A stretch of 64,000 nt of DNA from Rhodosorus marinus CCMP1338 (taxonomy: Eukaryota > Plantae > Rhodophyta): NCBI GenBank assembly GCA_029953675.1, contig JAMWBK010000001.1:1860001-1924000 (forward strand), given 5' to 3'. Below, piece by piece: positions 12,181-25,009 of the stretch. Each line of letters starts with the position of its first letter. The first letter of the stretch is position 1. A program made the position numbers and the translations under genes. The notes below the pieces were generated by a model. That model made no database searches, was not told the DNA's origin, and saw only the letters and a list, made by a program, of their open reading frames with translations.

Positions 12181-12450
12181 CTAGATCCCTTGCCCAACGT
12201 ATAAGTCTATCCCTACCAGCAGCCACGTCCTCCACCAGCTTGACCTTGGGTTGCCCATTTTTTGAATTCCACCAAAGACGTTTCGGTACTTGCACTGAAT
12301 CGGCCATCCACTGACAAACCTTTTCGAAAAGCTGTCAAAGACTATCAAGCTAACATAGGGTATGTCGTCCTCCACACAAATGTCTAAACTGCCAATGGGC
12401 GATATGACTCTATGCCTTTCTCCCAGCTCGAATGAAAATTCTCCTCTCAC
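12181..12450 (-). mobile_element. Possible degenerate DDE integrase/transposase core fragment
   Basis: SLDICVEDDIPYVSLIVFDSFSKRFVSGWPI...GNP resembles the rve core start (D...Y-hydrophobic-D-x-FS[KR]...P). It lies in a non-genic tract. No LTR or TIR was found. Confidence 0.3.
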
Positions 12451-14208
12451 ATCCAGGCCTCGAGGTATCCTCTCAGAAAATCACAGCACACCGAAAACCT
12501 GTTTTCATCAGATCAAAATGGCTCAAAATTTCGAGCATTTAAACAAAACAAATCCATTTGATCCTAAGCATTCTTTTTCTTGGACGGGTCATATGGCGGG
12601 AATCATGGCGGGAGTCACAACCGGCTACGACTTTCATGGCGACATCGCGGTTTTCACCCCCCCCCCCCCCAACCCCCTTCTTCCCTCCCCTTCTCCGGCT
12701 CCGTTCCCACCCACCATTCCAGGAAATTCGCACTTGGAGCTGTCTCAATCCCTGATTTCTATAACTCCATCATTGGCTCGAGCAAAAAAACACCAAAAAA
12801 CCCGACATTTAATGATCCCCGTTCCCTTATAAAACTAACCACCGATGAGATTTTTTTCTTCGTTCACCCAACCCCCAAACCACATCGCAATCGCGCACTT
12901 CAAAATCTCAAAATTTCAAACGTTTTGTAAGAGAAACGTTTCACAAAAATCCGAGCTCCCCCCCCCAAGAACAAACCGTCCATTTTGACCACGACCCTTC
13001 ATTTTTTGAATTTTTATTTGTTTCCTTCTTTTTTTTGAAAGGCAATCTAGAGGAGCAATTCAATTCGAAATACATCTGGATCTGATTGGAGGAAATCTAG
13101 CTCCTTGGGATCTGACGGTATCCTTTCGAATGGTTTTGATCTATTATCGTATATACATTATTATATCACATAAATTATGATTATTGAAATATACATCATG
13201 TATATACTATATTTGTATTGTTTCGTTCACTACGCTCCATAAATATCTACCGCTGACTCAATCTTATTGGACAACAGTTTCAGTATGTCCAATCAACTAT
13301 CAGCTATTAGGTCCACGCTGAGGGGGGACCGTTGCAGTTATTTATCACCCCCCCTTTCCCAACTGCACTTTTCAAATTTCTTTGACTAGAATCCGTTCGA
13401 AAAACTTCCGTATTGAATAACTATCTCGTTTCAGCATTCCGGCACAGCTACATGGGAACAAAAAAGGGAGAGGGGTTACATACTGAGTACAATTCAATGA
13501 CGAGGTGAGTTTTCAGCCCCTGAGAGTTACAAGTAGAATAAAAGAAGAAAAAAGGGAATTCACCACATCCGAAACGCCCCATGGCTTTTAGGGATGAGTT
13601 GGGACGACACTTTTACCAAACTTTTTGGACAATGTTACAACAAACTCACAACCCCTCGATCGATTTGTATCTAAACGCCGGAATATTAATTTCATCTATT
13701 TATCAAAGATTAGGGTAATACTTTTCTCACCTCTCAACCCTCCTCAAGCTCCAACGAATTTGCTCAGATAATTTTCCATAAGCCGGAAAATGAGAAGGCA
13801 GTTTTTGATTAAATCGTGATTTTTGGGTGATTGAAAAGGGCCGATACAGTTGAAGAAACGAGATTTCAATCAATTTGATATATGTTGTGAGAATGCCGAA
13901 TCTATTTTTATTTTTTATTTTGGGGTCGCGTTCCTTGGAGGAGGATTTCAAAGGAGGATGGAAAACGTCGTTTTCATGTATTTTGATGTGATGAGTGTGG
14001 ATTTTTTATATCGTGGGAGAAATGCAGACCAAGCATATATAGTTTTTGATCGCTGAGGACAGTCGAGTGGTAGGGTTTTGGGCGAGGCGTTTGGTTGGGA
14101 GAAAGTCAGCTACCATTACTGCGTTGGTAAATCTCGCCTTGCCAGGGTTCTTCTTGACTTTCCGAAGGTTTTCGAGGAATAGGAAACGAACTTGTGTTGG
14201 GGTTCAGA

Positions 14209-15233
14209 ATGGATGGTTTAGGATTTGTTCAGGGTCTCGCCGTGGGTGGGAAGACGGGCACCCGGTCGGCCTGTTCTCGGCCGATTTTGAGAAGCACCGA
14301 CGATGATTCATGGGCTTCATATATGGACGAAATGAGAAACACCATGAGTGCCACACGCGGAGTGACTTTTGACGAGCCCCGAGTTCAGCCGCAGGAGGTC
14401 AAGCCTGAACGGAAGAAGGCATCAGAAGAAGGAAACTTTTGGACTTACACGTTCCACAAGCCAACGGAGGAAACGAGCCCGCTCAGTAAGTGTCATCAAT
14501 TCACAATCGCTTCGCCTTAGCGGGTTGAGAGGCCTGGTGCTTTTGATATTGCTCTCCCGTCGGAACTAAGAGAATCTCTTTACTTCCCTCAGACTCAGAT
14601 ATTAAGCTCGACAACTGCCAGGTCAACGTCACAGATAATTCGCACAATGGATCCGGAATCAAGTTTGACTTTGATGATGTTGACGATGGATCGAACGTAG
14701 ACTGGTTTGCCGACAGCAGACAGGCATACAACGACTGGGAGAGCAATGGTGGATACTTTAAAAGGACCCGCTATACCTTCCGTAACGAGGAGATCTACGA
14801 GGAGGTTGAGGAAGAGGAGATGCCGGAATGGTCAACTCGCATTGATTATGGAAAGATCGGTGGGTTTGCTCAACAGCAGTCGTCGTGGGGAAAGACGAAG
14901 AAGAAGAAGAGGAGGATCACGAAGAAGAAGATCGACCTTGACTTGTTCCAAGTCTTGGGACTCCGCGCTGGAGCCCAGAATACCGATGTAAAGAAAGCTT
15001 ACCGGTGAGTGTTACAAGAGCTGGGAGGAGACCACTTGCAAACGTTTGTAGTATCGGGACTGAACACTTCTGTATGTTTGTGTTCTGACCACAGGAATCT
15101 GGCCAAGCAATACCACCCGGATCTGAATCAGAACAATGAGAAAGCTGCGGAGAAGATGACCCTCATCACTTTCGCATACAATGTGTTGAAAGATCCCGCG
15201 ACCCGGAAGAATTATGAACGGGGACAGATGTAG
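14209..15233 (+). CDS. Plastid-targeted J-domain (DnaJ type C) protein
   Basis: join(14209..14485,14593..15004,15095..15233) with consistent phases. N-terminal MDGLGFVQG transit-like peptide. C-terminal J domain LFQVLGL...KKAYRNLAKQYHPD...AYNVLKDPATRKNYE. Confidence 0.85.
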
Positions 15234-16014
15234 ACTTTGGGCCTCGTAACGCCCCTCCTCGTGGATCTACCCTATTTTGAACAGCTGTGTCCCAGGAACC
15301 ACTAGTCCTCCAAAGCGTTCGCGCCGTCCCCTAAGGGGAAGAAAGATCCCCGTTGAAACATTTATTCCCCATACGAAGGTGTCGCAACCTTGTGTAGTTG
15401 AGATGAGATATATAGAAAAGTTTAAAGAAGCACGTTCTATGGCAAAAACGAGATCCTTCCGCGCTCTGTTTGACATGATGGACGTCCCAAAGGGCGTACC
15501 TCGTTCCTTCCTGCCTCAAGGGGCTTCTTCTCGGCGCCGCTGGTTAGGGCCCCTTCTCCGACCGAGCGAAGATTGGACTTCGAAATAAGGTCTCTTGTTT
15601 AAATGGCAAACTATTTATTCACGCGGATGACCACCGCGGAAACGGCATTCCGGAAGTACAAAGGAGATTGTTGTTGTTGGCATATGGCAAGAGCCGACAA
15701 CAACACTTCTACGGAGATTCTCTACGCCCGCATGGATCGGCGAAAGTTTTCTTTTCGTTCATAATGGCGTGGATTTGTTGGCTGTGCATGTCGACATCTT
15801 CGTGAAAAGAGGACCTGCCGTACCGCGTTTTAGCCAGACTTTAGCCGCCTCCAAGGAGCGAGAAATCTCCCCGAAACAGGTGGATGGGAGAGCAGGAATA
15901 CAACGCTTGAATGCGTGTTTTCGATGGCTAACTTTATTTTGAGCTCGGCGCATCAAGAAACTCGTTGACGAAGTTAAATAGATATTGTGGTTAGTAAGGG
16001 AACCCGTGGCAACG

Positions 16015-17228
16015 CTACTGAAATGACCCCTGGCGGTGAAAATAGTTTGCAGAGCTCAATCCACGACGACGCAACAAGTCTTCGACCAGCTCAAGCTTGA
16101 GATCGTGAACTACTCCGGAGTCCCGGCATCTTGAGATGAGCTCGTCCTCTCTCTTCACGTATTCGGACGTCGCTAGTTGAGCCTTGAGCGGAAACAGGGG
16201 CACTTGCTTGGACATTGGAAGCAGTCTCTCCGCGAGGAATCGTACACGTACTACACCATCCTTCGTTTTTGATTTCTTACCGTGTTGCAAGAAAACGCTT
16301 GCAAGCTCCTCGTCAGAAATATTTAATAGTTTCTTTACCTGCGCAGGATTTCCCGCAAGCGCGAGTTTGACAGGGGAAGGCATTTAGAAACAAAGGTGCA
16401 AACCACTAGAGCATATGGCAAAGGACACTCCTCACCTCTTTTAGCTCTATGATGGTGGTTATGTCTATCGGTCTCTCCGAGATGAACATGCCAGTAAAGG
16501 TCTCAAAGAGCTCTGATATTGGTGTCATAAATGGTTCTCGTCTCCTGAAATCCTCAACAATCTCGTGCAAGTGGGCAGGCGAATCGGCGAAGGCCATTTG
16601 TTCTCCGAAAAGCGCAACCTGTTCAAACGAAAAAAAGAAAAAATCAGAAATGCCCGTCTTCTGACTGGAAAGGATCGCGACAAAAACATGCAAGCAGCTG
16701 TCGTGCAATCAACCATACCAACTGTTTTCTACGCTCGGATATCAGCTTCTTAGCAAACCACGAAACAGCCATAGAGCTCGCTACTGCAGCGAGCTGCATG
16801 AGTGGAAACGCAGGGAAGGGGCCCTTCGAATCGTCCTCTCCAGCTTTCTCTCCACTATCCACAACTTCTCCATCCTCAATCAACTCAAGCGCAACCTCCA
16901 CCTCAGATTCCGACTTCTGCACCAACTCCTTCGCATTGCAAGAATCTTCTTCGACAATCACATCCTTGCTCTCCGACAAGTCTTCATTTCCATCATCCCC
17001 ACCGGTTACTCCCAAATCAACACTCCCCGATTCTCCTACATCCACATTTTCTGGCTCTGCCACATCCGCCTCTTCGCTATCCTCCAAAAGCTCGTTTCCT
17101 CCATCCTCCCCTTCTTCATCCCCAGACTCCCATCCGGAGCCATCCACACCACCTCCCTCCAGCATACAATCCAATTCCACCCCATGCTCCTCACGTTCAT
17201 CACCACTTACATACCCGTCCTCCTCCAT
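16015..17228 (-). CDS. Membrane-anchored helical (armadillo-like) protein with long acidic N-terminus
   Basis: complement join(16015..16338,16436..16618,16719..17228), all phase 0. One hydrophobic segment (LMQLAAVASSMAVSWF), then SELFETFTGMFISERPIDITTIIELKEVKKLLNISDEEL, which resembles a plant chloroplast helical-repeat family from memory. An upstream exon is possible. Confidence 0.6.
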
Positions 17229-19296
17229 CTTTCTTCTTAACAAATAAGGTCCGACTCAACTTGTCCTCACAAGTCTTAATTCCCTCCCAAATTCATCCCA
17301 AGCAGTCCCAAAACCCCTCCAAAACTCACGGCCCAAGACTCGTTCACACACTGACTAGTTCCCTTCAAAACTTCATTCCGCACAAGAGTCCTTCACAACA
17401 GACCAATTCCACAGCACGGACTACTCAGAAACAAACTTAAACTTATCCCCATAAAGTTCTTCCTCACACTAACAGACTCGTTCCTTCCAACGCGGTCTCC
17501 CTCACCAGACCAACCGAAAAAAAAAAAAACCAAAAAAGACACCGGTCGTCTCACAGCAACCTCCTTCCACAACAGACCATAGTCCTTCCCATACAGTAGT
17601 CCTTTACCACAGCAGTACACACAAAGTCCTTCACAACAATTTCATACTCCTCAGTTCCAAACACCTCGCCACCATCAACAACACGAGCTGAATGTGATCG
17701 CTACCCCACTACACAAATGTACTCTTCCACACCATCTTCGACTGTCCCAATACAAATGCACATCTCCCGACCTCCATAGCGAAGGAAAAAAATACGTCAA
17801 CGGATCCTTGAAAAACTAAAAACATCTTAAGTGTCATATGTAATAATCAATCTACTTATTTAATTGACTACTTTAATACTTAAATAAATACGAAAATATA
17901 TACTCAATCTATTAAATAGATTGATTATTGATGACGCTTGAGCATTGTTTGTGCGAGCACGTGGTGGGCTGATGTTGACTGAATGTATGCCTGCCTATGT
18001 GCACGAGATCTGGAAGTGGGTTGAAGTATAGGCACATCATGTCGGAATTTCCCGAGATGAATGCAGGTTTGTCGTGGACAGGTTGCCTTCAATTGGCTGG
18101 GGTACTTCCCTCTGGAGGATCGCAATGACATGGTCTTCGAGGCAAACCCATGCCCTGTGGGAGACAATTTTAGGTGGTCGTCGACCGTCTGTGACTGTAT
18201 TTCGTCCGCCATCTGACAGCATCTGCTCCGGTACCCAGTAAGTTGGCACTACATTCTCATACGTGTAGCATGCCGCTGACTCCTTGGCAACTCCCTTAGG
18301 TCTATTCTCGAGGGTGTTCAATAGCTATACTCGGTCGAGGATGCCCCTCGGCGGGTGGGAAGCTCTCGAATGACCCACCACCACGTCAGGCTCTAGAAGT
18401 CCACGAGGATCCACTTGGTTGCCTTGTCGTCGTTGAACCCGGCCTCTGCCTGCAGTGCTGCATCTGCCTCAGTCCTTGTTACACGTTGAAGTTATGGAGT
18501 TTGCGAAGACGTTGAACTTACTCAAAACACTTCCTATGATTCTCTAGGAATCCTGCGAGCTCCCGCGTCCCCGAAAGCGCGTTGCAAGGTCAAAAGTTCG
18601 CTGTGAGTGAACATGCTTAGTCACTCGAGATGTAAAATGCTTGGCCGTATTTATTTCTTTCAACATTCCGGTTGTCGATTGCGGCTTTCCCTAAGTGAAC
18701 CTCTGCGCTTTACACGGTTACCGTAGCTTCGCGCTGCCTTGCATAGCGCGCGTCAAAGAGTTGAATTCCTCAACTACGAGAGTGGTCCGGGGAGCGAAGG
18801 ACCTGTGAGCGACTCCGCTGCCTTGGCTTTATAGATTATTGCGTAGGCTTTCTGAAGCTTTTGCTGAGGCAAGTTCATGGTGCTGCCTAGTACTAGCTAG
18901 GCTTTTGAATGCGGACAACATTTTCCACGAGGAAGCGTCATGTTTGTCAAGTACCGCTTGAGCCCAATGAGGTAAAGCACCAATTTTTTGTTTTTTTTTG
19001 GCGAAAAGTTCAGACATGTAGATATTCTTCCGCAGGTACAAAGGGTTCTTGCACACCTGATCACCCTCAGCCACCACTCTTGATCTCAGATATTATTGTA
19101 TTTCTCATTCGGGTGCTTGCGTGACCGAAAGCTCGAAAACATCATAAGACTTCATTTACTTAGCTAGGAACAGGTATCAAATTAGCGGTAGAGGGACGAC
19201 CATGTCCTGTTCAGAAAACGCGGGCTGTTTGTCCCACATTATCGTCCCAGAGAGCTCTGAACACCAGGATCGACCGCGCAAGTTCAACATTACTTG

Positions 19297-19644
19297 TTAC
19301 TCGGATTCCGCGGGACGACTAGCCATCTCTTCCTGCATCTTCCTGGCATAGTCTGCTTCGTATTGTTTGTAAAACTCTGAGACTCCCAACTTCCAATCAC
19401 TGACGTACCGGTGCCAAAAATAGACGCCCTACACACAGCGAAGAAACCAACAGATTCAGTTCCTAACGAAAAGACTGGTCACTTCGCCCCCCGGACCAAA
19501 GAAGCGGGTCACCACCATCTTTGCACGAAGTAATCAACTTACAATACCTCCGATCAAGCCGGCAATGGCGAGCTCTCTATAAATATTGAGAGTCCTATTT
19601 TGCCGAAAATACTTAGCCGGAGCCTTAAAGTTGCTGTGACCCAT
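19297..19644 (-). CDS. Cytochrome c oxidase subunit 6C/5c-like, 77 aa (absent from the ORF track)
   Basis: complement join(19297..19428,19543..19644), gtaagt...tgtag intron. MGHSNFKAPAKYFRQNRTLNIYRELAIAGLIGGI-GVYFWHRYVSDWKLGVSEFYKQYE...: basic N-terminus, one TM helix, then EFY, as in COX6C/COX5c. Confidence 0.6.
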
Positions 19645-20378
19645 TCCGGAAAAAAAAAACAAAACACTTCACACCCAAACTCCCCACCCACCCCGGCCGC
19701 ACCCACACCCAAAAGCAATTCACCAAAACAAAAGCAACCAAACGCTATAGTTTCAATGCTAGTCGACTCAACATAAAATATAAAAGATAAGCCTTCTTCA
19801 ACTCCTTTCCCAAACCTTCCACAGAAGACAGGACATTAGATCATCCGCAACGACCTCTTGACCCGCACTGCTGCAATGAAAAGACGAAGCCCTCCATCTT
19901 CATCAGCACGGATACACCTCCGAAATCCAACTTGAAAACGATCAATAAAAAAATAAAACTTTATCAACTGATCATTCTTATTAACCAATAGAATTCTATT
20001 AAATACCAAATTCAATCTAAAACACAACCACAAGATCGTAATTAACCACTTATAGTTCTTAAAACCATATATATAATTTAATTGGTTATTAATGTCCAAT
20101 TAAAGAGATAGATTCGTTTTAGTTCTCATTCTGTTTATCGGCGTTGGGCTGGGGGGGGCATGTTCCATAAAAGTATGTTGATTTCCTATTCCTATTGCTT
20201 TGTTTTCAAATATTTTATTGATTTCGTGAAGTTCGAAGGGGGTTATCGGTTATCTCACCACGTAGTAGAAAATGGATTATTAATTTGCTTTTGAATATTG
20301 CTGTTCGCTGTCCTTAAACGGAGAGTGGCTTCGCTTTTGTTGAATTATGGTATAAATTAGATATGAGATCATCAGGTG

Positions 20379-20389
20379 TGATTGGCTAT
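20379..20389. promoter_or_regulatory. Extended CCAAT box TGATTGGCTAT
   Basis: Third identical copy of the 11-mer, beside the AT-rich tract at 19.95-20.4 kb. Confidence 0.4.
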
Positions 20390-20599
20390 AGGGATTAACG
20401 TACCCCCACTAAGGTACAAACGGAAATGATGAGATTGATTGATGCGGACTCTGCTTGTTCTATTACTGCTCATAGTCTAAGGAACGGTTAACCATCTTCT
20501 CGATTGTTCCAAGGCTTTAGGCTGCGGAACATTGTACTAAAGTTCCGATGGGAGGATATGTTGTACGATCATAATCTAGATCTTAGCAGCAAGGGTAAA

Positions 20600-22560
20600 G
20601 AGGTTACCACATTCTCACAACTACGTACTAGTACCGTGCCCATACAAACTGCGCGGGAGTGGTCACCGTCAACACCGGCATGATTCCTAGGCAAGGGTCA
20701 GTCCTTGCAATTACAGGTCATTTCAAGATCTTTTTTCATCAAACAGCCCGGAAGGAAACGGAAACCACGTCACAATGCACATACTAGATGCTTTATCGAG
20801 AAGTCTCTGTTTCACCAGTGGTGGTACGCCTTCTGAGGGACAACAGACCCTGGGGCGTAGCAACACATGGACTCGTCCTGCAGGCCCGCCTGTCATGGGT
20901 TCGTCTTCACCACTGCCGACTGGAGCAAAATCCTAAGATCATCATCCGATCCTACGCTCTTTTAAGCAAACCAATCTGTCTCTCTGTCATTCAGTCTGTC
21001 TTCAAACAGCTAAAACAGTATACTCTATATATGAATCCCATTCTGCCATCCTCACCCTTCCAGAACGCGCGACGAAGAAGAATTCTTCGTTTCCACGGCA
21101 AATTCGATCCCTCTTTTCTTGCATTTTTAAGCATGGGAACACTTTTTCACCTCCAATTGTTCGCTGACAAGATATTCCTCCGGGAAATCCTGCCATAAAA
21201 AAATTGATGAAAAACTGGTTTATCAGTCAATATGAACACGAAATTGATTTAACTTATTGAATGTTGAGCGAGCATTGACAAAAGCAGCTCCGAAGAGTGT
21301 TTCGAAGACCGCGGGAGCTTTTGTACTTAAGCGGTTGCTAGGACACTGAGCATCTGGGATGGTTGAAGACCAATATGGGAGCAAGTAAAAAGTATAGGAG
21401 GTGCTGTTAAGGTAGGTAGGAGAGTATTTTCTTTTTGTGAAGTGGAGAGGTTGGTTCGGGTCTGGAGTTGGCGTTGGGGTATTGGAAAGCACTATGGCAT
21501 TCACGTTCTCTGTACCCTCTGAGAGGTCAGGTTCGGGTTTGTACTTCAGGAATTCTACAAGCGCCAAATGGGGGAAGAGTCATATGATGACGTTCAATGT
21601 ACGAATCCGGGTATCTCCAATCCGGGTATCGGAGTTGGACGTCCACAAAGGTGCTCAGGAATTGAAACCGGGCAATGGCTCTCCTTCGGAAGAAAGATCC
21701 GAAGAAAAAGACTCGAAGAACAATTGAATGTTCATGGAGAGTATTGCCGAGGCAAATGGTTGAAAATGACAATCTCTAACCTGAATCATTCTCCAACGTC
21801 CGTAGATATTAGTACTTGCCTATTCTGTTAATAAAAACATTGAACATTCTTACTGAAACAGTAGTATCCATACAAAATCCACTATCTACGGCGGATAAGC
21901 TCATATCAAAACCTCTTGCACTTGCTCGAGACCTGTAACGTCTGTCCGCTAGGGCTGCCTGCTTCCAGGGCTCGATACGTATAACTGCAGCTTCTGGTAG
22001 GCTATTCAAGTTCTTGAGGTTCCTGACGCGATTACGTGCTGATACGTACACCGAGACCTGCGATGTGATCAATAAAGTGAGCTAAGGTCTATAGCATAAG
22101 GTTTGAGGTTCGTTAACGGGTAGACTTCGGATCGATACTTCGTCCTCCTGAACAGTACTGCGACACCGTCTGCTCTGACTACAGAGTTCCCATGGTCAGT
22201 ATCATCTGAAAGGAGGAATGCAGGTTGTATGAACTACGTTATGCCCTCAAAGAAGCTAAGTCGAGCACGGGAAATATCAGCCAAGCCTCCACGAGCTGGA
22301 TCAAAATCAAGTTGACAACCCTGCCATGTCCTTCACGAACAGTTTCCCTCACGAAGTTTTATAAGCACAGCTTCTTTTTCCTTTTTCCCCGGTACGAACT
22401 CCCAGATTCTTCCATTTTCAGATCCGTGAACTAACCTTAAACGGGAAGGAACCCTGTCAACCTCCCGCAAAAAGTCTTGCAACACAGTCCATTCTTTCCA
22501 CTTTCCTCAAACCCCACACCGCTCTTCAGATAAAAAAAAAAAACCTTTCGAGAATCTATG
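20600..22560 (-). CDS. Probable multi-exon gene of unknown product (structure unresolved)
   Basis: Several open segments bounded by AG/GT sites, e.g. DFAPVGSGEDEPMTGGPAGRVHVLLRPRV (about 20930-20790) and DGVAVLFRRTKY (about 22200-22090). No complete model could be assembled. Confidence 0.2.
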
Positions 22561-22686
22561 GTTACCCATACTTCTGTTTCATTTAACTTGGGAAACAAAA
22601 AACACAAAACAGTTCCTGTCTCTCAGAGCTTGGCTCCATCTTCCAGCCGCTTGAAGCATCGCTGGCCTTCGAGATAGCATTGCTTC

Positions 22687-22736
22687 TTGCGCCTGCATTT
22701 ATTCACACCATATAGTGTGAATAAATGCAGGCGCAA
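22687..22736. repeat. Perfect 22-bp inverted repeat with 6-nt loop
   Basis: TTGCGCCTGCATTTATTCACAC-catata-GTGTGAATAAATGCAGGCGCAA, 22/22 complementary. Confidence 0.95.
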
Positions 22737-23011
22737 CTTACAAAAGTTGTACTATATATCAATATAATGAATTTAGGTATAAAAATATTGGTACAACGTT
22801 AAAGCATGTGTTTACTATTTGTACTAACTAGATTTTTCGCCGTTGAGCTGAAGGGGATGAAAGCGAGGAGATCAAATTTTCGAGCTATCTCGTGGAGAAG
22901 AGTGAGAGATCCATTTTCATCTTTAGAGCATTCGATGACGCTCAGAAGTCGCTCGTGATAGTACTTGAGGCGTTTTGGTATTGTTTTGGTTTAAAGAGGA
23001 GAGCAGTCCTG

Positions 23012-24915
23012 ATGGGGTCGACATCGATGTGGGGGATGCCGGACTTACCGGATGTCGAGCAGATCGAAGCCGGCGATCTATCAAAGCTAGCGCCGGAGTT
23101 GATCGTTGTTGGCGCGTACGGGAAAGAAACGTCTGATTTGGATCTTCCTGATGATATTAAGGAATCTTTGTTGGAGATTATCGACGGCGTGGATCTTGAG
23201 AAGAAGCCCGGGTCTTCGAATCAGGTTACGGTGAAGTCGGCAAATCACAGCAAGAACGTGACATTCGCCGTGTTCATACTCGGACCAGAAAAGTCTTGCG
23301 ACAGTTCATCGTTTCTAAAACTAGGAACCTTCGCTGCCAAGACAGCGAGCTCGAAGAAGTCGGTTGATGAGGTAACGCAAGCTGGCCAACCCTCGCTTGA
23401 ATGACGCCTACCTGACCTTGTAAATTACCCTCTTTGGTCCGTTCTATTAGATGTGCTTGATACTGCCTCCAACGACGTCGAGTCTCCACGCCACAGCCGC
23501 ACTTGAGGGTATTTACTTGGGTGCCTATAAAGACGATCGGTGGAAAACGGAGAAGAAGACAAAAAGTCGATGCGCTGAATTGGCTTATATCTCAAGCCAA
23601 GTGAAGTTGGACATCGCCGCTGTTCGATGTGTTTGTGAAGGAATCATTTTCACACGCCAACTCGTCAACGCTCCGCCAAATGCCCTCAAACCAGCAGTAC
23701 TGGCGCAGTGTATGATCGAGTGCGCAGATTGTTACGGGATGGACATAAAAATCCTTGAGCGAGAAGACTGTGAGGAGCGAGGCATGGGACTGTACTTGGG
23801 AGTTGCCCAGGTACCTTTCTTTCATGTCTACCCGTTCCGCTGTCGTATAACTGAACGACAGTGCAATTTCACGACATCTCCATCCCGTGCTTTAGGGAGC
23901 CAGCAGCGATCCGAAGTTCATCCACGTGACGTACAAACCGCCCAACAAGCCTGTCAAGAAGGTAGCGCTAGTGGGCAAGGGTATATGTTTCGACAGCGGG
24001 GGTTACAATCTCAAGACCGGGGCCGATTCTATGATCAATCTGATGAAGTTTGACATGGGAGGAGCAGCAACGATCTTTGGCGCCGCGCGTGCTATCGCAC
24101 ACCTCAAGATCCCCGATGTTGAAGTGCATTTCATATCAGCATCGTGCGAGAACATGGTCAGTGGCCACGCTTACCGACCTGGCGATGTGCTGACTGCCTC
24201 GAATGGGAAGACAGTAGAAGTTGTAAACACGGACGGTATGTAGCTTGAGGCCCCCCAGGTCTGGGGTTAGCTGTTCTTGCTTCCGTGAGCGGCTTGCGCA
24301 TGGTCCTTGACCCCTGACATGCCTTCAATTTCAAACGTTTATCCATCTGCAGCCGAAGGCAGAATGACGCTTGGAGATGCTCTCGTCTACGCGGATCAGC
24401 TTGGTGTAGATTATATTGTGGACGTCGCGACATTAACAGGGTCTGTAATCGTCGGCTTGGGCAATGAATACGCTGGATTGTTTACTCCGCATGACGAAAT
24501 CGCTGGGCTGCTCACCAAGGCTGCTTCGGACACTGGCGAAAGCATCTGGAGAATGCCTTTCGTACGTGCGTACCGAAAACTACTCGACAGCAGCATTGCC
24601 GATGTCAAGTGAGATCTGCCACTCCACAAAGGAATCTTTCGAAAATCTTCCTTTCACATCTGCTGAGCACATTCGCTTTTGTAAACTTCCCTACTTTTTT
24701 CCTTCCGTGTCTGGGTTAGGCAATGCCACACACGCCCCGGTGACTGCATCAATGCTGCGGTGATGTTGAACGAATTCGTGAGCGAGGAAACCCAATGGGC
24801 CCATTGCGACATCGCGGGGACAAGCTGGAACTTTGCAGAAAGTTGCGCGACTGGCTATGGCGTTCGTACGTTGGTCTCATTCATCAAAGGGCTCGACCTC
24901 AGCCAAGAGCCGTGA
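23012..24915 (+). CDS. LAP: Leucine aminopeptidase, peptidase M17
   Basis: join(23012..23371,23451..23810,23896..24235,24353..24608,24720..24915). Metal ligands [16 protein letters not shown] and NTDAEGR (across an intron), plus WAHCDIAG and ATGYGVRTL. Confidence 0.95.
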
Positions 24916-25009
24916 TCTGGATACTCGTTCACCTACCCTCGAGCGCACTGCTCTCAGTAAACTAGGGGCTCAACACGGCGAAATCGCGAGAACATCACCG
25001 GCTTGCTGA

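Noticed and set aside
17925-19200. Candidate exons on both strands, including an in-frame TAG that could suggest readthrough
   Set aside because: No consistent spliced model or family motif was found, and readthrough has no supporting context.
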